A stretch of DNA of 64,000 nucleotides from Trichormus sp. ATA11-4-KO1 (GTDB lineage: Bacteria > Cyanobacteriota > Cyanobacteriia > Cyanobacteriales > Nostocaceae): NCBI GenBank assembly GCA_019358915.1, contig JAHHIM010000011.1:32001-96000 (forward strand). Reading direction: 5' to 3'. The notes under the pieces are model-generated. The model had not been told where the DNA came from. It did no database searches and was given only the letters and a program-made list of their open reading frames with translations. Of this stretch, positions 32,715-43,165 are shown piece after piece (positions within the stretch are counted from its first letter, which is position 1; each line of letters begins with the position of its first letter). The position numbers and the translations under genes were made by a program.

Positions 32715-33882
32715 CTATCACACTCTAATAGGGATTATGAGTAATTGGAACTCCTAAGAAATAGTGCTGAGTGCGCTAGCCCTGAGCGAAGTCGAAGGAG
32801 AGTGCTGAGTGCTAAGTGAGGAATAAAAAATACAAAGGATTAAAAAATAGGGATTATTTGTAATTGGAACTATCACTTCTTCGGCTTCTCAGATCCGTTA
32901 GAAGGTTTCAATCCCTAATAGGGATTATTTGTAATTGGAACAAAATTTTATTAATCAAAGCCGACAAAATTATGAGTTTCAATCCCTAATAGGGATTATT
33001 TGTAATTGGAACCTTTTCATGTCACGCAAGTAAAATCAGATTTACTTGCGTTTCAATCCCTAATAGGGATTATTTGTAATTGGAACATTATTCCTGGCAT
33101 ATTATATTTAGTCTTAATTAATAGTTTCAATCCCTAATAGGGATTATTTGTAATTGGAACAAGAACAAGCAAATGAATTTCTACCATCTAAATAAGTTTC
33201 AATCCCTAATAGGGATTATTTGTAATTGGAACTTAACCCGATCAACTTAACAATTGGTACTAGCGCAGTTTCAATCCCTAATAGGGATTATTTGTAATTG
33301 GAACCAGTCTACTGCGTAGCGGTAGCAATCTCTAATAGGGTTTCAATCCCTAATAGGGATTATTTGTAATTGGAACTAGGAAAAATACAGCGACCAACCA
33401 ATGGCACATCATTCGGTTTCAATCCCTAATAGGGATTATTTGTAATTGGAACGGACATCTACCCAAATTATAGAAGGAACTAAAACGTTTCAATCCCTAA
33501 TAGGGATTATTTGTAATTGGAACGAAGTATACCTGATGGATAGGTACGGATATTTACCAGTTTCAATCCCTAATAGGGATTATTTGTAATTGGAACAAAG
33601 ATGTCCCACGGTTTCGCTCGTTTCAACAAAGGTTTCAATCCCTAATAGGGATTATTTGTAATTGGAACTCAGTGATTCTGGCTCTGTATCGGCTATTTCC
33701 AAGTTTCAATCCCTAATAGGGATTATTTGTAATTGGAACTCTCAGCGCTGTTTAGCGATTTTTAAGCAGTGTCAGTTTCAATCCCTAATAGGGATTATTT
33801 GTAATTGGAACGCTTTTTCTATTCATCTTTCTTAAGCCTTGAATTGTTTCAATCCCTAATAGGGATTATTTGTAATTGGAAC
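32715..33882 (-). CRISPR. CRISPR array: 14 perfect 37-bp repeats plus one partial and one degenerate trailer repeat
   Basis: GTTTCAATCCCTAATAGGGATTATTTGTAATTGGAAC on + from 32905 to 33882, spacers 34-39 bp; partial copy 32846-32870; degenerate copy 32715-32751 (7 mismatches); minus-strand repeat ends ATTGAAAC. Confidence 0.98.
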
Positions 33883-34135
33883 CGCCCCAGGCTGAAAGCA
33901 TTGATATATTTGGTTTTCAAGGTACAGTTTCGTCAACCTCAAATCAAAATAGCTTTTCAGACACTGGTTTGTCAAGAGTAGCATTTAACAAAATCACCTC
34001 AAAAGTAAATCAGACAAGGCTTTGGTGTAGTTGCGTCAACCTCCAGTTGGAGATAAAAAACTTCAAACCCAGAGTAGGCAAGCTTTTGAGGCGCAAAAAT
34101 TTAACCCTTTTGCAAAACACCTACTGGTTGACGCT
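33883..34135 (-). promoter_or_regulatory. CRISPR leader
   Basis: abuts the non-degenerate end; CGTCAACCTC occurs twice and its inverse GGTTGACG once. Confidence 0.7.
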
Positions 34136-34404
34136 AGGCTCAAGGGAAAAAATACAAATGCGATCGCAGCATAGCATACGAAGTAACGGTAAGCGATCGC
34201 ACCTTGAAAAGTATCCATACACATCCGTAATGATGTAATTACCTTCAGTGGGGTGTAGGTCATCGCCTCTGGTATTGCACTGTGCATCATTGCTGAGGAC
34301 ATATGCCTTTAAACCCTCAGCTTTCATACTTGCGGAAGACGTAATGTACACCAAGGCCACTGTCATTATGAAAATACGGTAATATACAGCGCTCTGGGAT
34401 AGTT

Positions 34405-34644
34405 ATGGAAGGAACTAACGAGCTGAATAGAATTAGGGATGCCTACATAAAAAACACCAAGGGGAACACATTCATCTTGGAGATGACTGATGAGGATTGG
34501 TTTAATTTAGGAAAATCTGATGCTTGGGCTGGAAGACCCAAAGTGCCTCCAGAAGAAGATTCTCAAGCAGCAAGTATGTATGATCTAGGTTACAGCGAGG
34601 GAGAAATTGCACATCCGCCAATTGAAACTAGAGAAGTAAATTAG
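34405..34644 (+). CDS. small acidic hypothetical protein
   Basis: 79-aa ORF; WFNLGKSDAWAG..P..YDLGYSEG. Confidence 0.6.
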   Translation: MEGTNELNRIRDAYIKNTKGNTFILEMTDEDWFNLGKSDAWAGRPKVPPEEDSQAASMYDLGYSEGEIAHPPIETREVN

Positions 34645-34685
34645 TAGTCAAATGGGGGCGTATACACATTATGACAACGCTAAAA

Positions 34686-35177
34686 CTAGATGTTTAAGTC
34701 GCGCAGAGCCAGACGAATTTGCTCCAAACGCCTGCGGTTGACACCAAGATCCGACTCTCCTACACGAGAAGCCGAGCGCAGATGAATTACTGACTCATTG
34801 GCAGGTAAATAAAACTCTACATCATCAACAAATTTGAAGATCCGGCTTTTAGAAAGAGCATGGATGTAATTATCTGTCTGTTCTATAACCTCTGTACGAG
34901 GAACAACCGTGAGAACTTTTAATAAGGTTTCTCGTGCTGCATCGCGTTCTATGTGATATTTAATCGGATCAATGGCATGTTTGGCATCAGCATCTTGACT
35001 CACTACACAGTTGTCTGAAGCCGGACAAGAACTTAGATGACCATGATCAACTCCCAAGCTAGAAGAGCTAGCCCAAGTCGGAGCAGGAAGTATTAAACCA
35101 CTAATTAGGGTTAACAATATGGCAAAAGTAAGACTTCGCAGAAGTTGCTGTGCCAAAGTTTTGAGCAGACGAGGCAT
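34686..35177 (-). CDS. DUF1499 family protein
   Basis: CPASDNCVVSQ, FKFVDDVEF, RSASRVGESDLGVNRRR. Confidence 0.9.
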   Translation of the reverse strand: MPRLLKTLAQQLLRSLTFAILLTLISGLILPAPTWASSSSLGVDHGHLSSCPASDNCVVSQDADAKHAIDPIKYHIERDAARETLLKVLTVVPRTEVIEQTDNYIHALSKSRIFKFVDDVEFYLPANESVIHLRSASRVGESDLGVNRRRLEQIRLALRDLNI

Positions 35178-35518
35178 ATAAATTTATTCCTTCGGGTAAA
35201 TAGCACTCAATTATTTTCGGTCATTTCGGTTGTCTGCTGTTAGCCAATTCGCTCTACACCGTAGTGGGGTAAATCACAGGCGATCGCCCGTTCTAATACT
35301 GCTATTAATTACGACATAGTTTCATAAAAGCTTTTCTAAACAGCGTGTTTGTTCCTAGACAGCCTTTACAAAACTCCCCGGAATTGTGACGATTACGCTA
35401 GAATTGTTAAAGCTTCTTTACAGAATTTGCTGATCATTCCCGATTCTGTTAGAACAACTTAGCACTTACATGTAAATTTTGAAAACCCCCTCTAGAGTTC
35501 ACCAAAAGCTCCTATCCT

Positions 35519-37309
35519 ATGACGCTCCCAATTCGTAACGTCGCCATTATCGCCCACGTTGACCACGGCAAAACTACCCTGGTTGATGCGCTCCTCAAAC
35601 AATCTGGTATTTTCCGAGAAGGTGAAGACGTTCCGGATTGTGTCATGGACTCCAACGCCCTAGAACGGGAGCGGGGTATTACTATTCTGTCGAAAAACAC
35701 CGCAGTTCGCTACAAAGAAACACTGATTAATATTGTTGATACCCCTGGACACGCTGACTTTGGCGGTGAAGTTGAACGGGTACTCGGCATGGTTGACGGT
35801 TGTATCCTGATTGTGGATGCTAATGAAGGCCCCATGCCTCAGACACGGTTTGTGTTGAAAAAAGCTCTAGAAAAAGGACTACGCCCTATTGTAGTTGTCA
35901 ACAAAATCGACCGTCCCCAAGCTGATCCTCATGTTGCAGTAGATAAGGTACTGGATCTGTTCTTAGAATTAGGTGCAGATGAAGACCAATGTGATTTCCC
36001 TTATTTGTTTGCTTCTGGTTTAGCTGGCTATGCCAAAAACGACTTGGATGCAGAAGCAGTGGATATGCAACCCCTGTTTGATGCGATTCTGCGTCATGTT
36101 CCACCACCTGTAGGTGATATTAACAAGCCTCTGCAATTGCAAGTCACTACCCTAGATTATTCTGAATATCTGGGACGGATTGTCATTGGCAGAATTCACA
36201 ACGGTGTGATCCGTGCTGGACAGCAAGCCGCTTTGGTCACAGAAAATGGCAACATTGTCAAGTCTAAAATCACCAAGTTAATGGGATTTGACGGTTTGAA
36301 GCGGGTGGAAATGGAAGAAGCCACCGCAGGTTACATTGTTGCCGTGTCTGGTTTCGCTGATGCCAATATTGGGGAAACGATTACAGACCCCAACGAACCG
36401 CAAGCTTTGCCACTAATTAAAGTGGATGAGCCAACCTTACAAATGACCTTCTGGGTGAATGATTCGCCCTTTGCTGGTCAAGAAGGTAAATTGGTAACTT
36501 CCAGACAAGTACGCGATCGCTTGTTTCGTGAACTAGAAACCAACGTTGCTCTTAGAGTCGAAGAAACCGATTCTCCCGATAAATTCCAGGTTTCCGGTCG
36601 TGGTGAATTACACCTAGGTATTTTAATTGAAACCATGCGCCGCGAAGGTTACGAGTTTCAAGTATCCCAGCCACAGGTAATTTACCGAGAAGTTAACGGT
36701 CAACCTTGCGAACCTTACGAACTTTTAGCGCTAGATATTCCTGAAGATAGTGTTGGTAGTTGTATTGAACGCCTAGGACAACGCAAAGGCGAAATGCAAG
36801 ACATGCAAGTTAGTGGTAACGGACGTACTCAACTAGAGTTCGTCATTCCTGCTCGTGGCTTGATTGGTTTCCGGGGTGAATTCATGCGGATGACTCGTGG
36901 TGAAGGCATCATGAACCACAGTTTCCTTGATTATCGTCCCATCACTGGTGATATTGAAGCTCGGAACAAAGGTGTTCTCATTGCGTTTGAAGAAGGTGTT
37001 GCTACTTTCTACGCTATGAAAAACGCAGAAGATAGAGGTTCATTCTTTATCACTCCAGGCACTAAGGTTTATAAAGGCATGATTGTGGGAGAACACAATC
37101 GTCCCCAAGACTTGGATTTAAATGTTTGTAAGACCAAACAATTAACCAATCACCGCGCCTCTGGTGGTGATGAACTAGTACAGCTACAAGCACCAATAGA
37201 CATGAGCCTAGAGCGGGCTTTAGAATACATTGGCCCAGATGAATTGGTGGAAGTTACACCCCAATCGATTCGTCTACGGAAGGTAGCGAAGAAGTTTGCT
37301 AAACGGTGA
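35519..37309 (+). CDS. typA: translational GTPase TypA/BipA
   Basis: [33 protein letters not shown]. Confidence 0.98.
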   Translation: MTLPIRNVAIIAHVDHGKTTLVDALLKQSGIFREGEDVPDCVMDSNALERERGITILSKNTAVRYKETLINIVDTPGHADFGGEVERVLGMVDGCILIVDANEGPMPQTRFVLKKALEKGLRPIVVVNKIDRPQADPHVAVDKVLDLFLELGADEDQCDFPYLFASGLAGYAKNDLDAEAVDMQPLFDAILRHVPPPVGDINKPLQLQVTTLDYSEYLGRIVIGRIHNGVIRAGQQAALVTENGNIVKSKITKLMGFDGLKRVEMEEATAGYIVAVSGFADANIGETITDPNEPQALPLIKVDEPTLQMTFWVNDSPFAGQEGKLVTSRQVRDRLFRELETNVALRVEETDSPDKFQVSGRGELHLGILIETMRREGYEFQVSQPQVIYREVNGQPCEPYELLALDIPEDSVGSCIERLGQRKGEMQDMQVSGNGRTQLEFVIPARGLIGFRGEFMRMTRGEGIMNHSFLDYRPITGDIEARNKGVLIAFEEGVATFYAMKNAEDRGSFFITPGTKVYKGMIVGEHNRPQDLDLNVCKTKQLTNHRASGGDELVQLQAPIDMSLERALEYIGPDELVEVTPQSIRLRKVAKKFAKR

Positions 37310-37445
37310 TTAAGTGCTGAGTTACAGCCGTAGTCACATAGATTAGGACATTATTGATTGCTCAAAGCACTGAAGCCACTGGGTTTATACTCAGCACTCA
37401 GCACTCAACACTTTGGGAACAAAATTCATACAACAGGTCTAAATG

Positions 37446-37476
37446 AAAAAACCTCCGCATCTACGGAGGTTGTTTT
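37446..37476. terminator. bidirectional terminator between typA and mraY
   Basis: AAAAAACCTCCG-CATCTA-CGGAGGTTGTTTT. Confidence 0.75.
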
Positions 37477-37501
37477 ATGTAACTAGATTTTTCAAAAGAT
37501 T

Positions 37502-38620
37502 TTAAAAAGGAGCGATCGCTAAACAAATTACCGCTAAAATGGCGGCGATGATATAAAACACCGCAACTACTTGCAATTCTGACCAGCCGGTCAATTCTAA
37601 GTGATGGTGTAGGGGAGCCATTTTAAATAAGCGTTTACCTTTACCATCAGGCCCCTTAGTGGCTTTGTAGTAACTTACCTGCGCCATCACAGAAAGGGTT
37701 TCTACGAAGAAGATGCCACTGAGAATAAACAAGGCTACTAAGCTATTAGTGAGTAGTGCTACAGCCGCTAAAGCGCCTCCCAATGCCAGAGAACCAGTAT
37801 CACCCATAAAAACACGGGCTGGGTTGCGGTTATGGGCTAAGAAACCTAAGCAACCGCCACTTAATGCCGCACAGAAAACCATCAATCCAGGGGCAGTAGG
37901 CGCAATTAAAGCACCTAATGCTAGTAGTGCGATCGCTACTGTTCCTGCTGCTAAACCATCAATCCCATCAGTTAAATTAGTTGCATTACTCTCTGCCACA
38001 AGGACAAAGCCAGCCAAAGGCCAGAATAAAAATCCCAAGGGTAGTGCAAAGCTCACCCAAGGTAAAGCAATATTTGTAATATTAGAAGGTTGATTAAACA
38101 TCAGCCACAAACAAAACACAGCCGCAAAGCCGATTTGCAAAGCTAGTTTCATTCGGGGAGATATACCTTTATTTGATTTGCGGCGCAGAATTTGCCAATC
38201 ATCAAGCCAGCCAATCAATCCATAGCTGAGAGTCAAAGCGGAGACGGCAAGCACTTCTGTAGCAAAATTAGACCATACGCAGGCAATTACCACAGCTACG
38301 GGTACAAAGAATATACCCCCCATTGTTGGTGTACCTGCCTTTTTCAAATGAGCTTGGGGGCCATCTTCGCGGATGATTTGCCCAGTCTTGAGAGCTTGCA
38401 GCAATGGTATGACCAAAAAGCCAATAGCAGCTGAACTCAGCGCACTCACTAATAATGGTAGGGTAAGTGACATCCCTTGCCAGGGTATTCTATTACCCAG
38501 CCAATCAAATATCAAGGCTGCTACACTTAGCGCTGCGGCTAAACCAGAAGCTAAGCCAATACCAGAAAAGGTTGATCCTTGGTCAGGAGATAATTTAGCG
38601 TCCACAGAAATTCCCTTCAC
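37502..38620 (-). CDS. mraY: phospho-N-acetylmuramoyl-pentapeptide transferase
   Basis: KAGTPTMGG, NLTDGIDGL, FMGDTGS, MAPLHHHLE; start may be GTG 38605. Confidence 0.96.
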   Translation of the reverse strand: MKGISVDAKLSPDQGSTFSGIGLASGLAAALSVAALIFDWLGNRIPWQGMSLTLPLLVSALSSAAIGFLVIPLLQALKTGQIIREDGPQAHLKKAGTPTMGGIFFVPVAVVIACVWSNFATEVLAVSALTLSYGLIGWLDDWQILRRKSNKGISPRMKLALQIGFAAVFCLWLMFNQPSNITNIALPWVSFALPLGFLFWPLAGFVLVAESNATNLTDGIDGLAAGTVAIALLALGALIAPTAPGLMVFCAALSGGCLGFLAHNRNPARVFMGDTGSLALGGALAAVALLTNSLVALFILSGIFFVETLSVMAQVSYYKATKGPDGKGKRLFKMAPLHHHLELTGWSELQVVAVFYIIAAILAVICLAIAPF

Positions 38621-38682
38621 TCCACACTTACAAAACTGGACAACGGAACGATTGATATGATCGAATCCCCAGCCTGAACAGG

Positions 38683-38922
38683 CTAATCTTCGTCTACACT
38701 TACATCGCTGTCATCATCAAGATCGTAATCCCCGATCCCGTCTTCTCCACTCAAAAACTCAGATATTTCTTCTTCTTCGTCCGAAAAATCTGTTTCTTGA
38801 ACGTTACGCGCTACGAGACGACCGTTAGATTGCAGCCAGTCCAACATAGAGGACTCTTGCTTTAAGGGAATTACGGGGGCGCGCTGGTTGCGGGGTTCTT
38901 CACTCAAAGGAGAATTCAACAT
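38683..38922 (-). CDS. DUF3134-like protein
   Basis: NSPLSEEPRNQRAPVIP..MLDWLQSNGRL, acidic tail, upstream of mraY. Confidence 0.75.
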   Translation of the reverse strand: MLNSPLSEEPRNQRAPVIPLKQESSMLDWLQSNGRLVARNVQETDFSDEEEEISEFLSGEDGIGDYDLDDDSDVSVDED

Positions 38923-39163
38923 ATCTACGAAGACACAAAAAGGTTCATGTAACTAGACATTAAGCAGTCTATCACTGACACGCGATAATTTAGTTATTCA
39001 TTCAAGTCTCGGGTTAAGAAATCCGCAAGCTGACAGAAATATTTTATTTAATAGTGCTAAAGCTACTAGAAAGAGATTTTTAGTAATTTGTAAGGCGGTA
39101 TACATAGGACATAAATGTTGACTTAAGGTAGATGAATTTTCAGGATTTTTAAGGTGATAAGCG

Positions 39164-39748
39164 ATGATCAAAAAAGCAAATCTCATTGATGCGATCGCGG
39201 GTACAAATCGCGGTTTACTGGCTAGTGAACTCCAAAAGCAGGCTATCCTAGCTGCGATCGCCAATTTAGAAGACTCTAATCCCACACCCCGTCCGCTAGA
39301 ATCGAGTAATTTGCTCGATGGAAATTGGCGATTACTTTATACAACCAGCAAGGCTCTTCTCAACCTTGATCGCGTACCTTTATGCAAACTTGGTCAAATT
39401 TATCAGTGTATTCAGGTTAACACTAGCAGTGTTTACAATATAGCTGAGATTTATGGCTTACCTTATCTCGAAGGATTAGTTAGCGTAGCTGCCAAGTTTG
39501 AACCAGTTTCTGAACGACGCGTCCAAGTGAAATTTCAGCGCTCTATTGTCGGCTTAAAAAGTTTAATCGGGTACGATACTCCCGGAAATTTTATCCAACA
39601 AATTGAAGCTGGCAAAAAATTCACGGCGATTGATACTCCTCTCAACAGTGATAAACAACAAGGCTGGTTGGACATCACTTATTTAGATAGTGATCTGCGG
39701 ATTGGCAGGGGTAACGAGGGTAGTGTATTTGTTTTAAGTAAGACATAA
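39164..39748 (+). CDS. PAP/fibrillin family protein
   Basis: LDGNWRLLYTT, GWLDITYLDSDLRIGRGNEGSVFVL. Confidence 0.92.
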   Translation: MIKKANLIDAIAGTNRGLLASELQKQAILAAIANLEDSNPTPRPLESSNLLDGNWRLLYTTSKALLNLDRVPLCKLGQIYQCIQVNTSSVYNIAEIYGLPYLEGLVSVAAKFEPVSERRVQVKFQRSIVGLKSLIGYDTPGNFIQQIEAGKKFTAIDTPLNSDKQQGWLDITYLDSDLRIGRGNEGSVFVLSKT

Positions 39749-40048
39749 AGTTTGCCTAAGGTGTGTATTTGCGAATGAACTTAAGCGATACCTACGGTAA
39801 GCTACGCTAACGTGTGGCCTTTGTCAAGGAGTGTATGACACTATTTTAAGTTGAGGTTTTGAGGTTAGTAAGTGCTGAAAGGAGGAGATGAAGGAAGTGG
39901 CGTAATGGGAGCAAGGACAGCTAACAACCGAACAATTTCCTACTCAGACAAATAACTTAACAAAGCCTCTAGCCGAGACCTTCACGATGTAGAGTGAAAT
40001 CAAATAGCCCTATATATTGGCGATTGATAACTAAAAGGGAAGATACTC

Positions 40049-40261
40049 ATGGTTCAACGTGGTTCTAAAGTACGTATTCTCCGCCCCGAATCCTACTGGT
40101 TCCAGGATTTAGGAACTGTGGCTTCTATCGACCAAAGCGGCATCAAATACTCAGTAATTGTCCGGTTTGATAAAGTCAACTACGCTGGTATCAACACCAA
40201 TAACTTTGCCCCGGACGAATTAGTTGAGGTAGAAGCACCAAAGGCTAAGGCGAAAAAATAA
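40049..40261 (+). CDS. psaE: photosystem I subunit IV
   Basis: [34 protein letters not shown]. Confidence 0.98.
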   Translation: MVQRGSKVRILRPESYWFQDLGTVASIDQSGIKYSVIVRFDKVNYAGINTNNFAPDELVEVEAPKAKAKK

Positions 40262-40504
40262 GCGGCAAAGCCTAAAGGGGATTATTTGATGGGATGATGG
40301 AGAAAAGCCTTAAGTATGACATATGGAACTTTTAGTTCTTTCATACTTAACCCCAGGCTACTCTAACCTATAAGAAGCCGACCTGCGGGTATTTACGGTT
40401 TTTCTTTAGTAGTAATATAAGCCACCAAATGGTGACTATATACTTAACTATCGCTGATCACTTGCTCCCCAAATACATCAAACTTGCCTGTTTAATCAGC
40501 TTAA

Positions 40505-41353
40505 ATGCCTGAATTGCCTGAAGTTGAAACAGTCCGCAGGGGTCTAAATCAATTGACCCTCAATCGAGAAATTACGGGGGGAGATGTGTTGCTCAATCGC
40601 ACCATCGCCTACCCGTTTTCTGTTGATGAGTTTATTCACAAAATTAAAGCAAGTGCCATTACTACTTGGCATCGTCGCGGCAAATATCTCCTAGCTGAAC
40701 TCACCCCCTCATCTCCCCCGTCCCCCAGTTGGCTAGGTGTTCATCTGCGAATGACCGGTCAACTACTATGGCTGCATCAAGATGAACCATTACATAAGCA
40801 CACACGGGTGAGATTATTCTTTGGGGATCAACAGGAATTGCGCTTTGTTGATCAACGCACCTTTGGACAAATGTGGTGGGTTCCCCCAGGAGTTGCGGTA
40901 GAAAGTATCATCACTGGTTTAGCAAAACTGGCAGTAGATCCATTCTCACCCCAATTTACCGTTGAATATCTGACTACTAAGTTGCAAAACCGCCGCCGTC
41001 CCATCAAAACTGCACTATTAGATCAGTCAGTCGTGGCGGGATTAGGTAATATCTATGCTGATGAAGCACTATTTAAAAGTGGAATTTTACCAATAACTCT
41101 CTGTACAGATTTGCAGTTAGAGCAAATTGAGCCTTTACATACAGCAATTATTCAAGTGTTAGAAACCAGTATTGCGGCTGGAGGCACAACTTTTAGTAAT
41201 TTTCTGAATGTTAAAGGGATCAATGGTAATTATGGCGGTGTTGCTTGGGTTTACAACCGCACTGGAGAACCCTGCCGAGTTTGTGGCACTCCTATACAGC
41301 GAATCAAGTTAGGCGGGCGTTCTAGTCACTTTTGCCCCCAGTGTCAGAGTTGA
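40505..41353 (+). CDS. mutM: formamidopyrimidine-DNA glycosylase
   Basis: MPELPEVE, HLRMTG, GLGNIYADE, C-terminal zinc finger. Confidence 0.97.
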   Translation: MPELPEVETVRRGLNQLTLNREITGGDVLLNRTIAYPFSVDEFIHKIKASAITTWHRRGKYLLAELTPSSPPSPSWLGVHLRMTGQLLWLHQDEPLHKHTRVRLFFGDQQELRFVDQRTFGQMWWVPPGVAVESIITGLAKLAVDPFSPQFTVEYLTTKLQNRRRPIKTALLDQSVVAGLGNIYADEALFKSGILPITLCTDLQLEQIEPLHTAIIQVLETSIAAGGTTFSNFLNVKGINGNYGGVAWVYNRTGEPCRVCGTPIQRIKLGGRSSHFCPQCQS

Positions 41354-41414
41354 GGGGATTGGGGAGTGGTTTATTAGAATGAAATAGCCTAGCAATGCTT
41401 AAAAACGAGGGATC

Positions 41415-41630
41415 ATGAGTCAATCAACAATCATTACAGCATCACCAGATGTAATGAGTGGTACGCCAGTTTTCGCAGGAACGCGAGTGCCTGTGCAGAC
41501 CCTGCTAGATTATTTGAAGGCAGGGGAGTCCATTAATGATTTTTTAGAGGGATTTCCCACAGTTAAACGAGAACAGGTGATAGCTTTTTTAGAAGCCGCA
41601 CAAGCGCAGATTCTGAAGTTAGTTGCATAG
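41415..41630 (+). CDS. DUF433 family antitoxin-like protein
   Basis: PDVMSGTPVFAGTRVPV..FLEGFPTV. Confidence 0.88.
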   Translation: MSQSTIITASPDVMSGTPVFAGTRVPVQTLLDYLKAGESINDFLEGFPTVKREQVIAFLEAAQAQILKLVA

Positions 41631-41773
41631 AGTGAATATTTTGATTGACACGGCATCAAAGAGTGCAGCCACGGTGGTTAGTGAATGACCAATCCAGATT
41701 TCTTAAGTGTATTTACATCTGTCCACAAGCTAAAATCCTCTTAAAACGATCTATAAACTTAAGAGGGAGACTA

Positions 41774-41989
41774 ATGGCGGTTAAAAAAGGAGATATGGTT
41801 CGCGCTGTCCGCGAGAAGTTGGAAAACAGTCTGGAAGCAAAAGCCAGTGATACTCGCTTTCCTGCGTATTTGTTTGATAGCAAGGGCGAAATTGTAGATG
41901 TTAAAGGTGATTATGCCCTGGTGAAGTTTGGCAAGGTGCCAACACCAAATATTTGGTTACGCTTGGATCAACTCGAAGAGTTTAACTAA
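41774..41989 (+). CDS. ndhO: NDH-1 subunit O
   Basis: [39 protein letters not shown] 41774 after GGGAG. Confidence 0.92.
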   Translation: MAVKKGDMVRAVREKLENSLEAKASDTRFPAYLFDSKGEIVDVKGDYALVKFGKVPTPNIWLRLDQLEEFN

Positions 41990-42142
41990 GTCGCTATTGA
42001 TTAGGATAGGGAATGGGTTTTGATAAAAAAGGCGTTGCTGAATATCATTAAAATCTCACGCAAAGCCGCAGAGGCGCAGAGAGGTTTTAAGAGAGTTCTG
42101 ACTATGCTAATAAAAATTTACCTACTCCCTACTCCTTAAATT

Positions 42143-43114
42143 ATGATTTCTTCTTCTGATTCCCCGATTCTTTGTCGTTTACCCCGTGTCTCTATCATTG
42201 GTGCTGGTAGGGTCGGTAGTACTCTAGCCCAACGTGTTGCTGAGAAAAATTTGGCAGATGTGGTGTTGCTGGATATCGTTGAGGGAATGCCTCAAGGACT
42301 AGCGTTGGATTTGCTGGAGGCTAGGGGAATTGAATTACATAATCGTCAAATTGTTGGTACGAATAACTATGCTGATACATCTGGTTCGCAAATTGTGGTG
42401 ATTACGGCAGGTCTTCCTCGGAAACCAGGGATGAGTCGGGATGATTTGCTGAAGACGAATGCCAAGATTGTGGTGGAAGCAGCCAAGAGTGCGATCGCTC
42501 ATTCTCCTAATGCTATTTTTATAGTTGTCACTAATCCTTTGGATGTGATGACTTATTTGGCTTGGCAAGCTACAGGTTTACCACGCGATCGCATTATGGG
42601 TATGGCTGGCGTGTTAGACTCAGCCCGGTTTGAAACTTTCATTGCTTTAGAGTTAGGGGTGTTACCTGCTGATGTGAAGGCGATGGTGTTGGGTAGCCAC
42701 GGTGATTTAATGGTTCCTTTGTCTCGTTATGCGACCGTTAACGGCATTCCCATCACAGAATTACTAGATACATCTACAATTGAACGCTTAGTAGAGAGAA
42801 CCCGCAACGGTGGCGCGGAGATTGTGGAATTGATGCAGACTGGTGGGGCATTTTTTGCGCCTGCTTCTGCTACGAGTGTGATGGTGGAATCGATTTTACT
42901 CAATCAGTCGCGGTTGTTACCTGTGGCAACTTATTTACAAGGTGAATACGGTTTAGAAGATATTGTAATTGGCGTGCCCTGTCGTTTGGGTTGCGGTGGA
43001 ATTGAAAGTGTGGTGGAATTGCATCTCACCGACGGGGAAAGAGAAGCTTTGCAGACTTCGGCTCAATCTGTGCGTAATAATATTGACAGAGCGCAGGAAA
43101 TTTTAGCAATATAG
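42143..43114 (+). CDS. mdh: malate dehydrogenase (LDH-like)
   Basis: IIGAGRVG, AGLPRKPGMSRDDL, GVLDSARF, GSHGD. Confidence 0.95.
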   Translation: MISSSDSPILCRLPRVSIIGAGRVGSTLAQRVAEKNLADVVLLDIVEGMPQGLALDLLEARGIELHNRQIVGTNNYADTSGSQIVVITAGLPRKPGMSRDDLLKTNAKIVVEAAKSAIAHSPNAIFIVVTNPLDVMTYLAWQATGLPRDRIMGMAGVLDSARFETFIALELGVLPADVKAMVLGSHGDLMVPLSRYATVNGIPITELLDTSTIERLVERTRNGGAEIVELMQTGGAFFAPASATSVMVESILLNQSRLLPVATYLQGEYGLEDIVIGVPCRLGCGGIESVVELHLTDGEREALQTSAQSVRNNIDRAQEILAI

Positions 43115-43165
43115 AACACTTAGCTTATGCTATGTTTTGGATGATGGTTTAGGTTCTCATAATCT

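Noticed and set aside
32763..32810. Self-targeting spacer matching 20693-20740
   Set aside because: It lies in an oversized 94-bp interval between damaged repeats and is a dispersed repeat, so it is not a normal spacer.
33876..34366. Three overlapping ORFs across the CRISPR leader as possible cas or accessory genes
   Set aside because: They overlap the repeat and leader and each other, and show no recognisable motif.
37713..38660. Antisense ORFs over mraY (and similar ones over tal, pyk, pgi, glpX, hemA, S8 protease)
   Set aside because: Shadow frames of well-supported genes, without motifs.
41645..41773. N-terminal extension of NdhO
   Set aside because: RBS and the conserved start are at 41774.
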